64,000 nucleotides of DNA, from NCBI GenBank assembly GCA_964610875.1, contig CAZSWP010000009.1:33058-97057 (forward strand), in the 5' to 3' direction. Position 1 is the first letter of the stretch; every line of letters starts with the position of its first letter. The DNA is from an uncultured archaeon. Lineage in GTDB: Archaea > Asgardarchaeota > Thorarchaeia > Thorarchaeales > Thorarchaeaceae. The notes beneath the pieces are model-generated. The model was not told the DNA's origin, searched no databases, and saw only the letters and a program-made list of their open reading frames with translations. Both the position numbers and the translations under genes were made by a program. Of this stretch, positions 47,397 through 57,497 are shown piece after piece.

Positions 47397-48434
47397 TCAG
47401 TTCAATAGAAATTTATACACAAGATCAATAGCGGTATTCACATCATCCAAGTTGATAGTTTCAAAACTACTGTGAGTATATCTACAAGGAATGCCAATAG
47501 TTGATACCGGCAGTCCCTGTGCCGCTATTGGAAAGCCATCTGTTGCATAATTGTGATAAACTGCTCTCTGAATGGCAATATCATTCTTCTCTGCAACTTC
47601 AAAGAAAATCCTGTTTTGTTCATGTGAGTAGACAATTTGTGAGTCTTTGATTACAATCACAGGTCCTGCACCCAATGAAACCCCTGCTTCATTTGAAGTA
47701 CCAGGATAATCATCAGCAAGCCCTACTTCAAGTACAACCGCTCCATCTACATCAAATTCTCTAGCAATGGCATTCACACCCTTTGCTCCAATCTCTTCCA
47801 TGACAGTTGAGGCAAATGTTACGGTTGGACGTTCCTTCTCTGAAAGAGTTGATAGTTTCTTACAGAGCTCAAGAATCATGAGGAGCCCCACTCTATCATC
47901 AAAAGACTTTCCCATGACATTCTTACCCACCTGTTTCACTACGGGTGCGTAAACAACTGGAGTACCGACATGTATTCCTAGCTCTTCTACTTCCGCTTTA
48001 TTTGATACTCCAATATCAATGAAGACCTCTTCCCATCGTGGAATCTTTCGTTTCCCTGCAGAACCTGCAATGTGGGCTGTTTTGACACAAAAACAACCTT
48101 GTACCATTCCCGACTCGGTCATTAGTTCAACCCATGTCCCTGGGAGAAGTCTTAGGTCTGGCTGATATCCTTGTGTATTCCATTTTGCCTGAAGGAATCC
48201 ATTATCATCAATATAACTGACAAGAAAACCAACTTCATCCGCATGAGCAACTAGAGTATAATGCTTTCCAGACCCTGGTAGTGTGGCAATCAAATTGCCA
48301 ATCCTGTCTTGTTCAATCTCCGAACAATACTCACTCAAACAGTCATGGATGAACCTCTGTACAAGTGTTTCTCTTCCAACTGGACCTGGTGTAGTACAGA
48401 GTGTATGCAATAAATTGAAGCGTCCTTCGGTCAA
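47397..48434 (-). CDS. M42 family (TET-like) metalloaminopeptidase
   Basis: PGPVGRE, AHADEVG, FDDRVG, MEEIG, RYTHS. Confidence 0.92.
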   Translation of the reverse strand: MTEGRFNLLHTLCTTPGPVGRETLVQRFIHDCLSEYCSEIEQDRIGNLIATLPGSGKHYTLVAHADEVGFLVSYIDDNGFLQAKWNTQGYQPDLRLLPGTWVELMTESGMVQGCFCVKTAHIAGSAGKRKIPRWEEVFIDIGVSNKAEVEELGIHVGTPVVYAPVVKQVGKNVMGKSFDDRVGLLMILELCKKLSTLSEKERPTVTFASTVMEEIGAKGVNAIAREFDVDGAVVLEVGLADDYPGTSNEAGVSLGAGPVIVIKDSQIVYSHEQNRIFFEVAEKNDIAIQRAVYHNYATDGFPIAAQGLPVSTIGIPCRYTHSSFETINLDDVNTAIDLVYKFLLN

Positions 48435-48520
48435 TTTGATTCCTCCTTTAGTGTGTGGGCTTTCTCCCAGATAAGCTAAATGCTTATCACACTTCAGATA
48501 GCTATCGTCATGTGGATAAT

Positions 48521-48715
48521 ATGATTGAGATTATACTTGCCATCGTGGTAGCAATAATTGCATTAATCATTATTGCACCAAGTCTCAGAAGAATGGATAC
48601 AAACAATATGGATAGGCGAACAGATGCTGCTACTGAAATAGAAGCTGAGATGGAGAGAAAACGAGATGAAGTAGCCTATCGAGAACGGATGCGACAAGGG
48701 GGCAGTGCATTCTAA
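48521..48715 (+). CDS. Small single-pass membrane protein
   Basis: MIEIILAIVVAIIALIIIAP followed by a charged helix. Confidence 0.55.
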   Translation: MIEIILAIVVAIIALIIIAPSLRRMDTNNMDRRTDAATEIEAEMERKRDEVAYRERMRQGGSAF

Positions 48716-48760
48716 CTACAGAACACTTTATTGAGGGTTTTGCAGGAATAGACTTGCTGA

Positions 48761-49750
48761 GTGCCTCATATGATTATTACCGTTACCACTGTTGTTGTAC
48801 TCGTAGTTGGTTTAATCTCTCTTGGGGTCGCACTGTATGGTGGAATTATATCTCTCAACGTGATTGAGGGGCAATCAGGTGATATCGAAACGCGTCATAC
48901 TGCAGAACAGAGATATTATCTTCTTGGAATGATTGGTATCGTTGTCCTTCTTGCACGTATCCTCATTGTTCCAATATTCTTTTGGATGTTACAGTCGTTA
49001 GTACCCTATTGTCCAGGAGCTATGTGTGCATCTGGTGTAGTGAATGTGTCGGAACCTTACTCGGTGATAGCAATTAGTCTGAAACTCATTCTTCCTGCAA
49101 TCTATGGTCTCTGGTTACTGATAGAAATATCAAATCGGAGTCAAGCAAATCTTCCATTCCTCTCGTCACTTGCAAAATCTTTCCTGTATCTCCTGTTACC
49201 TTTAATCTTAATCGATAGTGCTGTAGATGTTCTTCTAGTGTCTACGATACGTCCTATCTATGCCCCTTGCTGTTCAAGTATATATGATGTAAATCCCCCA
49301 TTCTCACCTTCTGCCATTTTTGGTGCTGAATTTGGTATGTTCATAACAATTCTCACTGTAATAATTTCTATCTCATTGGTAGTCATTCAATGGCTGGGTG
49401 TGGACAATGCAAAGTCACCTTGGTTGAACATATCAATAGCATTTTGTGCATCCATTTTGTATCTCATTACTCTTCATGACACTCTTGCTCCAGTCGTTCT
49501 GGGGTTATCAACGCATCATTGTCCCTATTGTCTATTTCAAGAATTTCCTGATACTGCTATCTTTGCAACGCTATTCTGGGTTGGTGTAGTTTCAGTTTCA
49601 TGGAACTCGATATTACAAATTCTCTGGATCAGAAGAGGATTAGATGTTAGTGATATTCAACGTCTATCAGTATTGTTACTCAAAGTTTCATCTGTAGCAC
49701 TGATTTTCAGTATGACAAGTCTTGTTTCACATCTATTGGTGGCAATATAA
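48761..49750 (+). CDS. Cys/His-rich multi-pass membrane protein
   Basis: CPGAMC, PCCS and THHCPYCL motifs in the loops. Confidence 0.75.
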   Translation: MPHMIITVTTVVVLVVGLISLGVALYGGIISLNVIEGQSGDIETRHTAEQRYYLLGMIGIVVLLARILIVPIFFWMLQSLVPYCPGAMCASGVVNVSEPYSVIAISLKLILPAIYGLWLLIEISNRSQANLPFLSSLAKSFLYLLLPLILIDSAVDVLLVSTIRPIYAPCCSSIYDVNPPFSPSAIFGAEFGMFITILTVIISISLVVIQWLGVDNAKSPWLNISIAFCASILYLITLHDTLAPVVLGLSTHHCPYCLFQEFPDTAIFATLFWVGVVSVSWNSILQILWIRRGLDVSDIQRLSVLLLKVSSVALIFSMTSLVSHLLVAI

Positions 49751-49756
49751 GGCATC

Positions 49757-50452
49757 TCAACTTATTCCATCTAAGAACGCGCCATGTTCCATCAAATGTA
49801 CCTCATCTGCCCAATCGAGTACTTGTGGATCATGCGATGCAACAAGTACTGTTAATCCTCTCTCAGTCATCATGTTCCGTAATATTCTCAGCAAATCTGT
49901 AGTAAGCTCCTTGTCAATAGAACTACTTGGTTCATCTGCTATCAATAATCGTGGTTTATTCATAAGCGCACGTGCAATACTCACTCGCTGTTGTTCTCCC
50001 CCACTCAGTTCTGCCACCCTGAAATCAATACGTTTCTCCAAACCCAGCGAGATTAGAATATCTCTCGCCATGTCTTCAGCTTCATTTCGTGATACATCCA
50101 TACAGAGCATTGGAAGGGATACATTTTCTATCGCTGTGAGATGAGATAGAAGATATTGTGCTTGAAAGATAAAACCATAATCATTACGACGTTTCTTTGT
50201 ACAGAACACTTCTGATATTGTTGTGTAATCATACCCGTCTAGAATGACTCTCCCCTTTGTTGGTCTGGTCAACAGTCCAATAATGCTCAACAATGTGGTC
50301 TTTCCAGACCCACTTGGTCCCCCTATTGCCACAGCCCTACCCTCATGTACTTGAAAATCTACTCCTTGGAGGGCATTGACCTCCCTCGCTGTACCTGCAC
50401 CATATATCTTCCAGATATCCGTTACACTCACAAGAGTAGTCATATCACACAC
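49757..50452 (-). CDS. ABC ATP-binding protein (LolD/MacB-like)
   Basis: GPSGSGKTT, LSGGEQQRV, ADEPS, SHD. Confidence 0.93.
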   Translation of the reverse strand: MCDMTTLVSVTDIWKIYGAGTAREVNALQGVDFQVHEGRAVAIGGPSGSGKTTLLSIIGLLTRPTKGRVILDGYDYTTISEVFCTKKRRNDYGFIFQAQYLLSHLTAIENVSLPMLCMDVSRNEAEDMARDILISLGLEKRIDFRVAELSGGEQQRVSIARALMNKPRLLIADEPSSSIDKELTTDLLRILRNMMTERGLTVLVASHDPQVLDWADEVHLMEHGAFLDGIS

Positions 50453-51680
50453 CTCTCAGAACTATGTCTGGTTCAACAATGGAACTCCGCCAAGAAGGTA
50501 TGACCGATGCCGCCATGACCGGAATAATCGAGACGGTATAGATGATGAACAATGTAACAGGTGATATTGCTAGAGGAATTCCTGCATTAAGCAGTAGCAA
50601 ATTCCATCCCAAAAGATAACCCGCTAGTAATGGGGCTCCTAGTATGTAAGTATAAATGATGGCAAAGGAAATACCAAGACTTCCACCTAGTAATCCAAGA
50701 GTGAATGTTTCAAACATTCGTATCTCTATAATATCCACCGTGTCAAATCCGAGTGCCTTCAAGAGCCCTACCTCTCTTCTTACTTCATCAGAACCAGCAC
50801 TGGAAACTGTGAATGTAATCAGGAGAACTATGATAATCATCATTGTCCAAATTAGACTAATTATTCCTGCTCTTCCACCATAGGTCTTCAGCATATTATC
50901 ACTTATTGCATCTCTGGATAAAATGCGTGCCTCCGAAAATCTAGTATCAAGCCGGAATGCCACATCGTTAAGATACGCACCAGAATCTGTCCATACTGCT
51001 ATATCTGTGACTGATTCGTTTGAAAGCCCAAATACTTCTCTTGCACCGTGGATATCAGTCAAAATCAAGTCATAGCTGAATATCTTGGATTGAGATGAGA
51101 ATATTCCAATGATTTGAAACTCGAGAAGTGAACCATTTTGAGATATTAATGAGAGCACTGAACCGATTCCAACTTCCACTCTTGCAGCGGAAGCCCTCAT
51201 GAGATCGATAATTCCCTCTCCAACAATCATCTTTCTGTAATCGGAGCTATTGAGAAACCGACCATTTTCTAACACATCCGTTCCAACAACGTTTGCCGCT
51301 TGCTGATACTCTTCTGGTTCTATTCCCATCACTGTAAGAAGACTACCACTTCCTATGTCTGTATATCCCCACACCCTAGGTGTTGCAATTGCTACTCCTG
51401 CTACATCACTCATATTTTGAAGCCAAACCTCTGGTACCTCTACCTGTCTACCCCCGCTAAGTTTCTGGACAATAATATCTGGTCCTTCCTCGAGAGACCT
51501 ACTAATGTCCTGTTCAACGCCTTCTCTGATGAACTCTGTTGAACAGAGAAGAGATGAAGCCATAATTATCGCAAATACTATCGTAACGGTCCTCAGGTAG
51601 TACTTCAGTACGTTTCCCAAAGCATAAGCTGCTAGATTACTATGTCTTTGCAGACCCATATGATCTCCTCCCGATGACAA
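50445..51680 (-). CDS. FtsX/MacB-type ABC permease
   Basis: TM1, large extracellular domain (GRFL, IIGIF), RREVGLLKALGF, 3 further TMs. Confidence 0.88.
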   Translation of the reverse strand: MSSGGDHMGLQRHSNLAAYALGNVLKYYLRTVTIVFAIIMASSLLCSTEFIREGVEQDISRSLEEGPDIIVQKLSGGRQVEVPEVWLQNMSDVAGVAIATPRVWGYTDIGSGSLLTVMGIEPEEYQQAANVVGTDVLENGRFLNSSDYRKMIVGEGIIDLMRASAARVEVGIGSVLSLISQNGSLLEFQIIGIFSSQSKIFSYDLILTDIHGAREVFGLSNESVTDIAVWTDSGAYLNDVAFRLDTRFSEARILSRDAISDNMLKTYGGRAGIISLIWTMMIIIVLLITFTVSSAGSDEVRREVGLLKALGFDTVDIIEIRMFETFTLGLLGGSLGISFAIIYTYILGAPLLAGYLLGWNLLLLNAGIPLAISPVTLFIIYTVSIIPVMAASVIPSWRSSIVEPDIVLRGV

Positions 51681-52068
51681 GAATTATGGTTAGAGGTAGC
51701 ATTGTAAATGCAATTGCAAGAATAATTGGCATATAGTCAATTGGTGGTGTTCCAAATGTTATCAGTTCATTACCAATCATCCATTCTGATAGATTAACTT
51801 CTTTGAACCCATCGAAAACTCCTCCATTATACAGGGAGTACCCTCCTGGGACGTCTCCAATCATACCAAATGGTGACTCAAGCGATGGTGCACCATAGAA
51901 GTATGAATCTTGTATGATTGCTGGTCCTAAATCGATAAGAAACCAAGAAGTTGTATCAACATTGAATACAGCCCAGAGTGAAAATAGAATATTGAATACA
52001 ACCGTTCCAACAAGAACTATGATCATAATTCTTTGCCGATTCATTCTGGACCATCTAATCCCAGACAT
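51640..52068 (-). CDS. Hypothetical two-TM membrane protein
   Basis: TM segments at both ends; overlaps both neighbours in the operon. Confidence 0.55.
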   Translation of the reverse strand: MSGIRWSRMNRQRIMIIVLVGTVVFNILFSLWAVFNVDTTSWFLIDLGPAIIQDSYFYGAPSLESPFGMIGDVPGGYSLYNGGVFDGFKEVNLSEWMIGNELITFGTPPIDYMPIILAIAFTMLPLTIILVIGRRSYGSAKT

Positions 52069-52528
52069 ATGGATTGGAAATTATATTCCCTCCATATATG
52101 TCAATAAAGTGACTCTCACACAAGTCCGCTTCAGGAACATCCTCACAGAGTGGCACAATTGTTGCTTCGCCAGTAGTAGGATTTTCATAACTTTTTGCGT
52201 AGACCCACACAATCATTGGGTCATTCCAATCCATCAACATTCCACACATAGGACATCTTACTTCTACATTCTCTAAGATGGATAACTGCCCTTGGTTCTT
52301 CAATTCAGAGAAAGCTAGGAGAGAAATATTGACACCACAATAGAAATTGCGTGTACCATTACTAAATGTAAATGTGACTTCATGTCCTATCCTTTCTTGA
52401 ATTTCAAGCCCAGTCCAATCACAATAATGGTACACTGGAGTAGCCAAAGTTGTATATGCATAGATCCCAAAGACTCCAAAGATGACGAATAAAATCTGTA
52501 AGTTTCTCTTCTGCTCGGAATTAAGCAT
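52055..52528 (-). CDS. Membrane-anchored Cys-rich metal-binding protein (NosL/TRASH-like)
   Basis: N-terminal TM, YCDWTG, NFYCG, RCPMCGM, FIDIYGG. Confidence 0.6.
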   Translation of the reverse strand: MLNSEQKRNLQILFVIFGVFGIYAYTTLATPVYHYCDWTGLEIQERIGHEVTFTFSNGTRNFYCGVNISLLAFSELKNQGQLSILENVEVRCPMCGMLMDWNDPMIVWVYAKSYENPTTGEATIVPLCEDVPEADLCESHFIDIYGGNIISNPYVWD

Positions 52529-52546
52529 TTACGATCGCTCCAATGA

Positions 52547-52732
52547 CTATTCAGGTTTCATGAGACCAATAACACCTAGTACTATGACTAAAATTCCGAG
52601 CACTGTTTCTACATCCCTAGTGAAATAACAGCGCATTTCGGTCATACAGACTGGTGCGAATGTCCAAGGAGCAAGGGCGATAAGTGCGCCTAAGATTATA
52701 ATTAGAATGTTGAGAATCACTGTGAGTTTCAT
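52547..52732 (-). CDS. DUF4418-like small membrane protein
   Basis: PWTFAPVC...MRCYFT between two TMs. Confidence 0.65.
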   Translation of the reverse strand: MKLTVILNILIIILGALIALAPWTFAPVCMTEMRCYFTRDVETVLGILVIVLGVIGLMKPE

Positions 52733-52744
52733 GTAATCACCTTT

Positions 52745-53155
52745 CTATGAAGCTTCCATTTGAATTGTTAGAGTTTCAGAGTCACTAGGATTTGCATTGA
52801 TAGAGTTGTCATATGCGGTCACATAGAATTGAATCGAACTAGCATCACTTGGAGTGCTAAAACTTGCCACCCATCTTCCTCCAGCAATACAGAGGCATAT
52901 AAAGAACTCCATGTCCCTAGAGAACCATTCCTCGCCATCATAAGTGTAGTATAAATCTGATGCAGATACTCCTGATGAATCAATGCAATAGATTGTGATA
53001 CTGATGGTATCTCCAGCTACTGGCTCAATTGGAACCACATCTATCTGATATATCAAAGGGCCTTCAACATCATCGAAGACTGCCATTATGATGATTCCCG
53101 AAAGGAACATCATAAAGATGGCTCCAATGAATATGAGCTTGGTCTGATTTCTCAT
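52745..53155 (-). CDS. Membrane-anchored Ig-like exported protein
   Basis: N-terminal TM, DVEGPLI, DSSGVS, YVTAYD, with a CLC insert. Confidence 0.6.
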   Translation of the reverse strand: MRNQTKLIFIGAIFMMFLSGIIIMAVFDDVEGPLIYQIDVVPIEPVAGDTISITIYCIDSSGVSASDLYYTYDGEEWFSRDMEFFICLCIAGGRWVASFSTPSDASSIQFYVTAYDNSINANPSDSETLTIQMEAS

Positions 53156-53257
53156 CTGGTCAATCCTTCTCGAAGGCTTGCATTAATGTAATTCGGTCAT
53201 TGAAGTGGAGCAGGTATTTAGTCTTTCTAAAATGAGCTGTTATCGTTTCGACAATTT

Positions 53258-54001
53258 GTGAATTCACTAAAGGAGCCCGGTTTGTTTCAAAGGAGTTTCC
53301 AAGCAGAACTCTCTGTCGGCACGCCAAGATTTTGTTTCCGCGTTAAATGCTTCTGCCCAGAGGACATATACAAGCGAGTGCTTGTAATCAAGTATCAGAA
53401 GCTCATAAATGATGCACTTGAGATGAAGGCGATTCTTGAAGATGAAGGTTATAATATTGCTCTGGCCATTAATGCTGCTGGGACAAAAGATAACTTCTTG
53501 CTACTCTTTGATTGGCTAGTTGCCAATGAAGGTCCAGATTCTGAAGTAGTCTTCTTCTTTTCAGGTCATGGTTCAAGAACTCAGGATGGTAGTTGGGACA
53601 CAGATGTTGAATCTGATGGATATGACGAATGTCTGGTCTCTTGGGACTTTTATGCCATTAGTGATTCATATGTTTCTGGTAAAGTTGCTGAGATGGAATC
53701 GAATCATATTGCAATGATTTATTGCAGCTGTCATAGTGGTGGTATGTTCGATCAATCCTATGAAACCCGAATTGGAGTCGTCTATATTGATGCCGCAGAA
53801 GCTGACCAATATGGCTGGGATTATCTTGACTTACAGAACACTCTGTTCTTCTACTACTTTGGTGACCAAGGAATTCTGAATGGTCCTTACAATAACTTGC
53901 AGGATGCATTCGATTATGCAAGACCCTATGTCATTGCTGAGCAGCCTGATAGTTGTCCAGTAATGATAGATCTGCTTGGTACTCCATTCTATGTGAAGTA
54001 A
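53258..54001 (+). CDS. Caspase (peptidase C14) family protein, probably 5'-truncated
   Basis: NDALEM, FFFSGHG, DECLVSWD..ISD, SCHSGG; homology starts only at ~53408. Confidence 0.75.
   Translation: MNSLKEPGLFQRSFQAELSVGTPRFCFRVKCFCPEDIYKRVLVIKYQKLINDALEMKAILEDEGYNIALAINAAGTKDNFLLLFDWLVANEGPDSEVVFFFSGHGSRTQDGSWDTDVESDGYDECLVSWDFYAISDSYVSGKVAEMESNHIAMIYCSCHSGGMFDQSYETRIGVVYIDAAEADQYGWDYLDLQNTLFFYYFGDQGILNGPYNNLQDAFDYARPYVIAEQPDSCPVMIDLLGTPFYVK
53267..53404 (-). pseudogene. 3' fragment of a gene that has lost its start
   Basis: ELLILDYKHSLVYVLWAEAFNAETKSWRADREFCLETPLKQTGLL* has no start codon and abuts the caspase homology. Confidence 0.4.
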
Positions 54002-54031
54002 GGGGTCTCCCCTTCTTCCCTCTCTTTTTTT
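54001..54031 (+). terminator. Short hairpin plus T-tract
   Basis: AGGGG-TCT-CCCCT...TTTTTTT. Confidence 0.4.
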
Positions 54032-54139
54032 CTGTACACTCTACATGTATTGGAATTCAGCATAGTTTTCCATGAAATGATACCTAGATATCATCCCACA
54101 ATTACCTGAGAATATATGCAATGATGTACATAGACAAGT

Positions 54140-54595
54140 ATGGCCTTCGAAGACACATTACTTGGACTATCTATAGGGCTCCTCATTACTGCTATAGTGT
54201 ATATAGCATTGCGTATGCGGTTGCGCCATAGAATCTCTCAGGTTGAAGCTGAATTTCGAGCTCTATGGGCTGAACAAGAATCATCAGTTAGAAAGGATGC
54301 TGCACAGAGGAGTCGCCATGTTCTGAAGGGAAAAATTGCAGAGCACATGGTTCCACTGTTTGTGGACATTTTTCCCTTTGAACCATCTGATGCACGGTTC
54401 ATTGGTGCTCCCATAGACTATCTGATATTCGATGGCTATACCGCTGCTAAAGACTTGAAATCCGATGACCCTATTACAGTGGTCCTCGCAGACATAAAGA
54501 CAGGTAATGCGTCACTTAACCGTACTGAGAGAATGATCAAAGAAGCTGTTGAAGCTGGAAGAGTTCGTTGGGAAACCATACGGGTTGACCTCTAA
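54140..54595 (+). CDS. Holliday junction resolvase-like PD-(D/E)XK endonuclease with N-terminal TM
   Basis: SRHVLKGKIAEHMVP, DARFIGAPIDYLIFDG, DIKTG, V.WE. Confidence 0.88.
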   Translation: MAFEDTLLGLSIGLLITAIVYIALRMRLRHRISQVEAEFRALWAEQESSVRKDAAQRSRHVLKGKIAEHMVPLFVDIFPFEPSDARFIGAPIDYLIFDGYTAAKDLKSDDPITVVLADIKTGNASLNRTERMIKEAVEAGRVRWETIRVDL

Positions 54596-54659
54596 TTGCA
54601 TTGCGTAAAAGAATCTCCTCTTATTTTTGATTTTGATTAGAGGAATCACGTGAAGAAAG

Positions 54660-55304
54660 ATGAGTAAAGAGGAAGGTCATAAACTCCATGATAAATATGA
54701 GATAACCTACTATGACTTGTTGAAGAACATCTACGAAGGACGTATCTCTCTAATTCGAGAACTCGAACGGGTTTTTGGAAAAGAGAATGTTCACAAAGCC
54801 GTTGAGGAGTTCTATGCAAAACGGTCCACTGAGAGTTGTACAGCCAGGATGGAAAAACTAGAGAATAAACCTGAAACTATTGAAGAATTGAGGGACTTTC
54901 TAAAATCTACAAAAGAAAACGACTTCTCAAAACAGACTCAAAGTGACGTCTGGCCTGAACAGAAGGAAGATAAAATTGAGTTCCATACTACCGAATGCCT
55001 CTGGGCTGATATCTTTAGAGAGCTTGATGCTAGTGATTTGGGTGAAATCATGCTGTGCAAAACTGATTTTGTCACAGCTCCATGTTTTCATCCTAAACTC
55101 CGTCTTAACAGAACTAGGACTTTGATGGCTGGCGATGAATACTGTGGTTTTCTATATACTCTAGAAAATGAATCTGAGAAATTGGATAAATGCTTCACAA
55201 TCATCCACAGAAGCAAGTCTTCATTGCAATTTGAAGCAGAGCATCACGTATACTACCCTCATCTGGAACACCAAGGATACTCCTATCACATATCTGAATC
55301 GTAG
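54660..55304 (+). CDS. L-2-amino-thiazoline-4-carboxylic acid hydrolase family protein
   Basis: TECLWADIF, LCKTD, RTRTLMAGDEYCGF. Confidence 0.8.
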   Translation: MSKEEGHKLHDKYEITYYDLLKNIYEGRISLIRELERVFGKENVHKAVEEFYAKRSTESCTARMEKLENKPETIEELRDFLKSTKENDFSKQTQSDVWPEQKEDKIEFHTTECLWADIFRELDASDLGEIMLCKTDFVTAPCFHPKLRLNRTRTLMAGDEYCGFLYTLENESEKLDKCFTIIHRSKSSLQFEAEHHVYYPHLEHQGYSYHISES

Positions 55305-55530
55305 GCAAGCCAATGACTCCAGCCTCTTCAGCAATTTCTGACTCTTCTTCTACATCTACTTCATAGACAACATTGAAGTCCATTCCAAAATCTGCTATCA
55401 CTTCATCTAAGACATCCCGTGCTGGCTTACAAAAGAGGCATCTGTTTCCTTTGTAGAACATCACACAGCCCTTTCGTCCACATACTGGACTACAAGAGCA
55501 TTTGGTATCTGATGCAGTATCTGTATGCAT
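55201..55530 (-). CDS. Thioredoxin-family protein
   Basis: CLFC, VYEVDVEE, GVIGLPT, ILGVP. Confidence 0.8.
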   Translation of the reverse strand: MHTDTASDTKCSCSPVCGRKGCVMFYKGNRCLFCKPARDVLDEVIADFGMDFNVVYEVDVEEESEIAEEAGVIGLPTIQICDRSILGVPDEGSIRDALLQIAMKTCFCG

Positions 55531-56045
55531 GTCGTACCTCCCGACATTGTTGTTTTCATTTCGCCAATAACCAAAAATTCCGCTTTCTTTGGTAAACGGC
55601 TTGTCCCTTTGCAGTATGAGATGACATTTTCAGTATATAGAGGTAATTTGTCTGAATATCTGACTATATTATCATTTAATATCTTCAATCTATTCGATTT
55701 ATGATAGCAATTCTACATTTTTCTCATCAATTCTTGACTATACTCAAATCGCTGGAATGTTTATGGAATGATCTACCAAGTTATCACCAGTCAATTACAC
55801 AGTCATAGTGCATTACATGAAGATATTGATGATAGTCATGAACGGTTGTCTGCACCTACTCGTATCAATGTGATTTTTCAATTAGGTTCTCTCTTCGAAC
55901 AACAAAACTAGAAAAGGACGATTTGTTTAGAACATAATTAACTTAGAAACACTCAAGTCGCTTGGACCCTCCTCATAGCGATCTTCTCACATCAACGGAT
56001 GTGCTCATTGGAAACCAACACTTGAAACCGGGCTTGGATGCGTGT

Positions 56046-56945
56046 ATGTATATGGAAGATGATTTACAGAAAGCAGTAGAATCGTTGATAAAAAAGGGGA
56101 AGCATTTCCTCCACTTTGGTGAACTTCCTGCCTCTGAAGAAGCAATTAAATCTGCTCTAAAGATTGATGGGTCAAATGTCCGTGCTTGGGATGTTCTCGC
56201 TCAGGTTTATCATGATTCTGAAAATCTGACCAAAGCAAGAGCGTGTTACAAAGAAGCGGTTAACGTTGATCCAAATGCTATTGAAATATGGGCAAAGTTG
56301 GGGACGCTTGAGTATATTATGGGCGAATTCAAGGATGCCTTACAATCCATGAAATCTTACAAAAAAAATGGGGGAGGTGAATTCAAACATTTGTTGACAT
56401 TGGCACGAGCCGCCATGGAGAATGATGATTGTTCAACAGTGCTCTCTGTCACATCTGAACTAATTGAAACTGATGAGGATGAATATGAGGTCTGGGAGCT
56501 TCGAGGAATATGTCAAGCAAAGACAAACAAATTCAATGCGGCTTGTACAAGCCTCAATATGGCCATCGAATTACATCCTGAATCAATAAAGGCAATGAAT
56601 CATGTTGGTGACCTTTTGTATGATATTGAAAACTATTTTCGAGCTGCGGATTTTTACAAATTGAGTCTTGTTGTGCAACCAAGCCAACCATCTATTCTCT
56701 ACAGGTATGGATACTCTCTATGGTCTGAGGATAAATGGTCTGAAGCAATTACTATTCTAGAAAGGTATGTTGAACTAATGCCTGAAGATCCAAAGGGTTG
56801 GAACAACCTGGGTGTAGCTCTTCGAGAGAAAGGAGAGGTAAAACGGGCTCTGGAATGCTACAATAAAGCTCTTACTATCGATCCCGAGCTTGACATCGCA
56901 AAAAGCAACATTGACACTGCAAAAAACATGGAAATGATTCCCTAG
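56046..56945 (+). CDS. Tetratricopeptide repeat protein
   Basis: Multiple TPRs, e.g. GWNNLGVALREKGEVKRALECYNKALTIDP. Confidence 0.9.
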   Translation: MYMEDDLQKAVESLIKKGKHFLHFGELPASEEAIKSALKIDGSNVRAWDVLAQVYHDSENLTKARACYKEAVNVDPNAIEIWAKLGTLEYIMGEFKDALQSMKSYKKNGGGEFKHLLTLARAAMENDDCSTVLSVTSELIETDEDEYEVWELRGICQAKTNKFNAACTSLNMAIELHPESIKAMNHVGDLLYDIENYFRAADFYKLSLVVQPSQPSILYRYGYSLWSEDKWSEAITILERYVELMPEDPKGWNNLGVALREKGEVKRALECYNKALTIDPELDIAKSNIDTAKNMEMIP

Positions 56946-56982
56946 CATTCAAATATCGCTCTGCAATAAATCCACAAATCTG

Positions 56983-57384
56983 GTGATCGTCTTGAACAGA
57001 GCAAAATATCATAAATTCATGTATTCTATTGCAGCGATATGGAACTGGATTCTAGCAATCACATTTCTATCGCTACCAAGGATTAATTCAGACTACTTCT
57101 TAATCTCGGGAAATATCGTTCCTCCTACTCTTTTATGGTTCGATTGCTTCATGGGACTAGTCTTTGCTTTTGGTTGGGGGTTCTATTTCATCAGTCTTGA
57201 TATGACTAAAAACCATGGACTGGTGATGATTGCAATCTTTGAGAAGTGCTGGGTATTTGTTATTGGAATGTATTACTATCTATTACTACAGGCATCAATT
57301 TGGGTTGTTCTGGTAGTTACTGGAGATTTCATCTTCGGCATACTTTTTCTTGAGAATTTTCTTTCAATCAGAAGGAAGAACTAA
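56983..57384 (+). CDS. Four-TM hypothetical membrane protein
   Basis: AAIWNW, FAFGWGFY, EK, GDFIFG. Confidence 0.65.
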   Translation: MIVLNRAKYHKFMYSIAAIWNWILAITFLSLPRINSDYFLISGNIVPPTLLWFDCFMGLVFAFGWGFYFISLDMTKNHGLVMIAIFEKCWVFVIGMYYYLLLQASIWVVLVVTGDFIFGILFLENFLSIRRKN

Positions 57385-57497
57385 AACACGAAACTATCAT
57401 TGCTTAGAGGTCCATATCATAACAGACTAAAATTTTCATTCTGGCGGGAAATTCGTGATGTGGCCTCCAAAGAACCGTTTCAAATCTGTACTGTCAA

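Noticed and set aside
55461-55911. Short ORFs between the thioredoxin and TPR genes
   Set aside because: No RBS, motif or internal homology; AT-rich intergenic DNA
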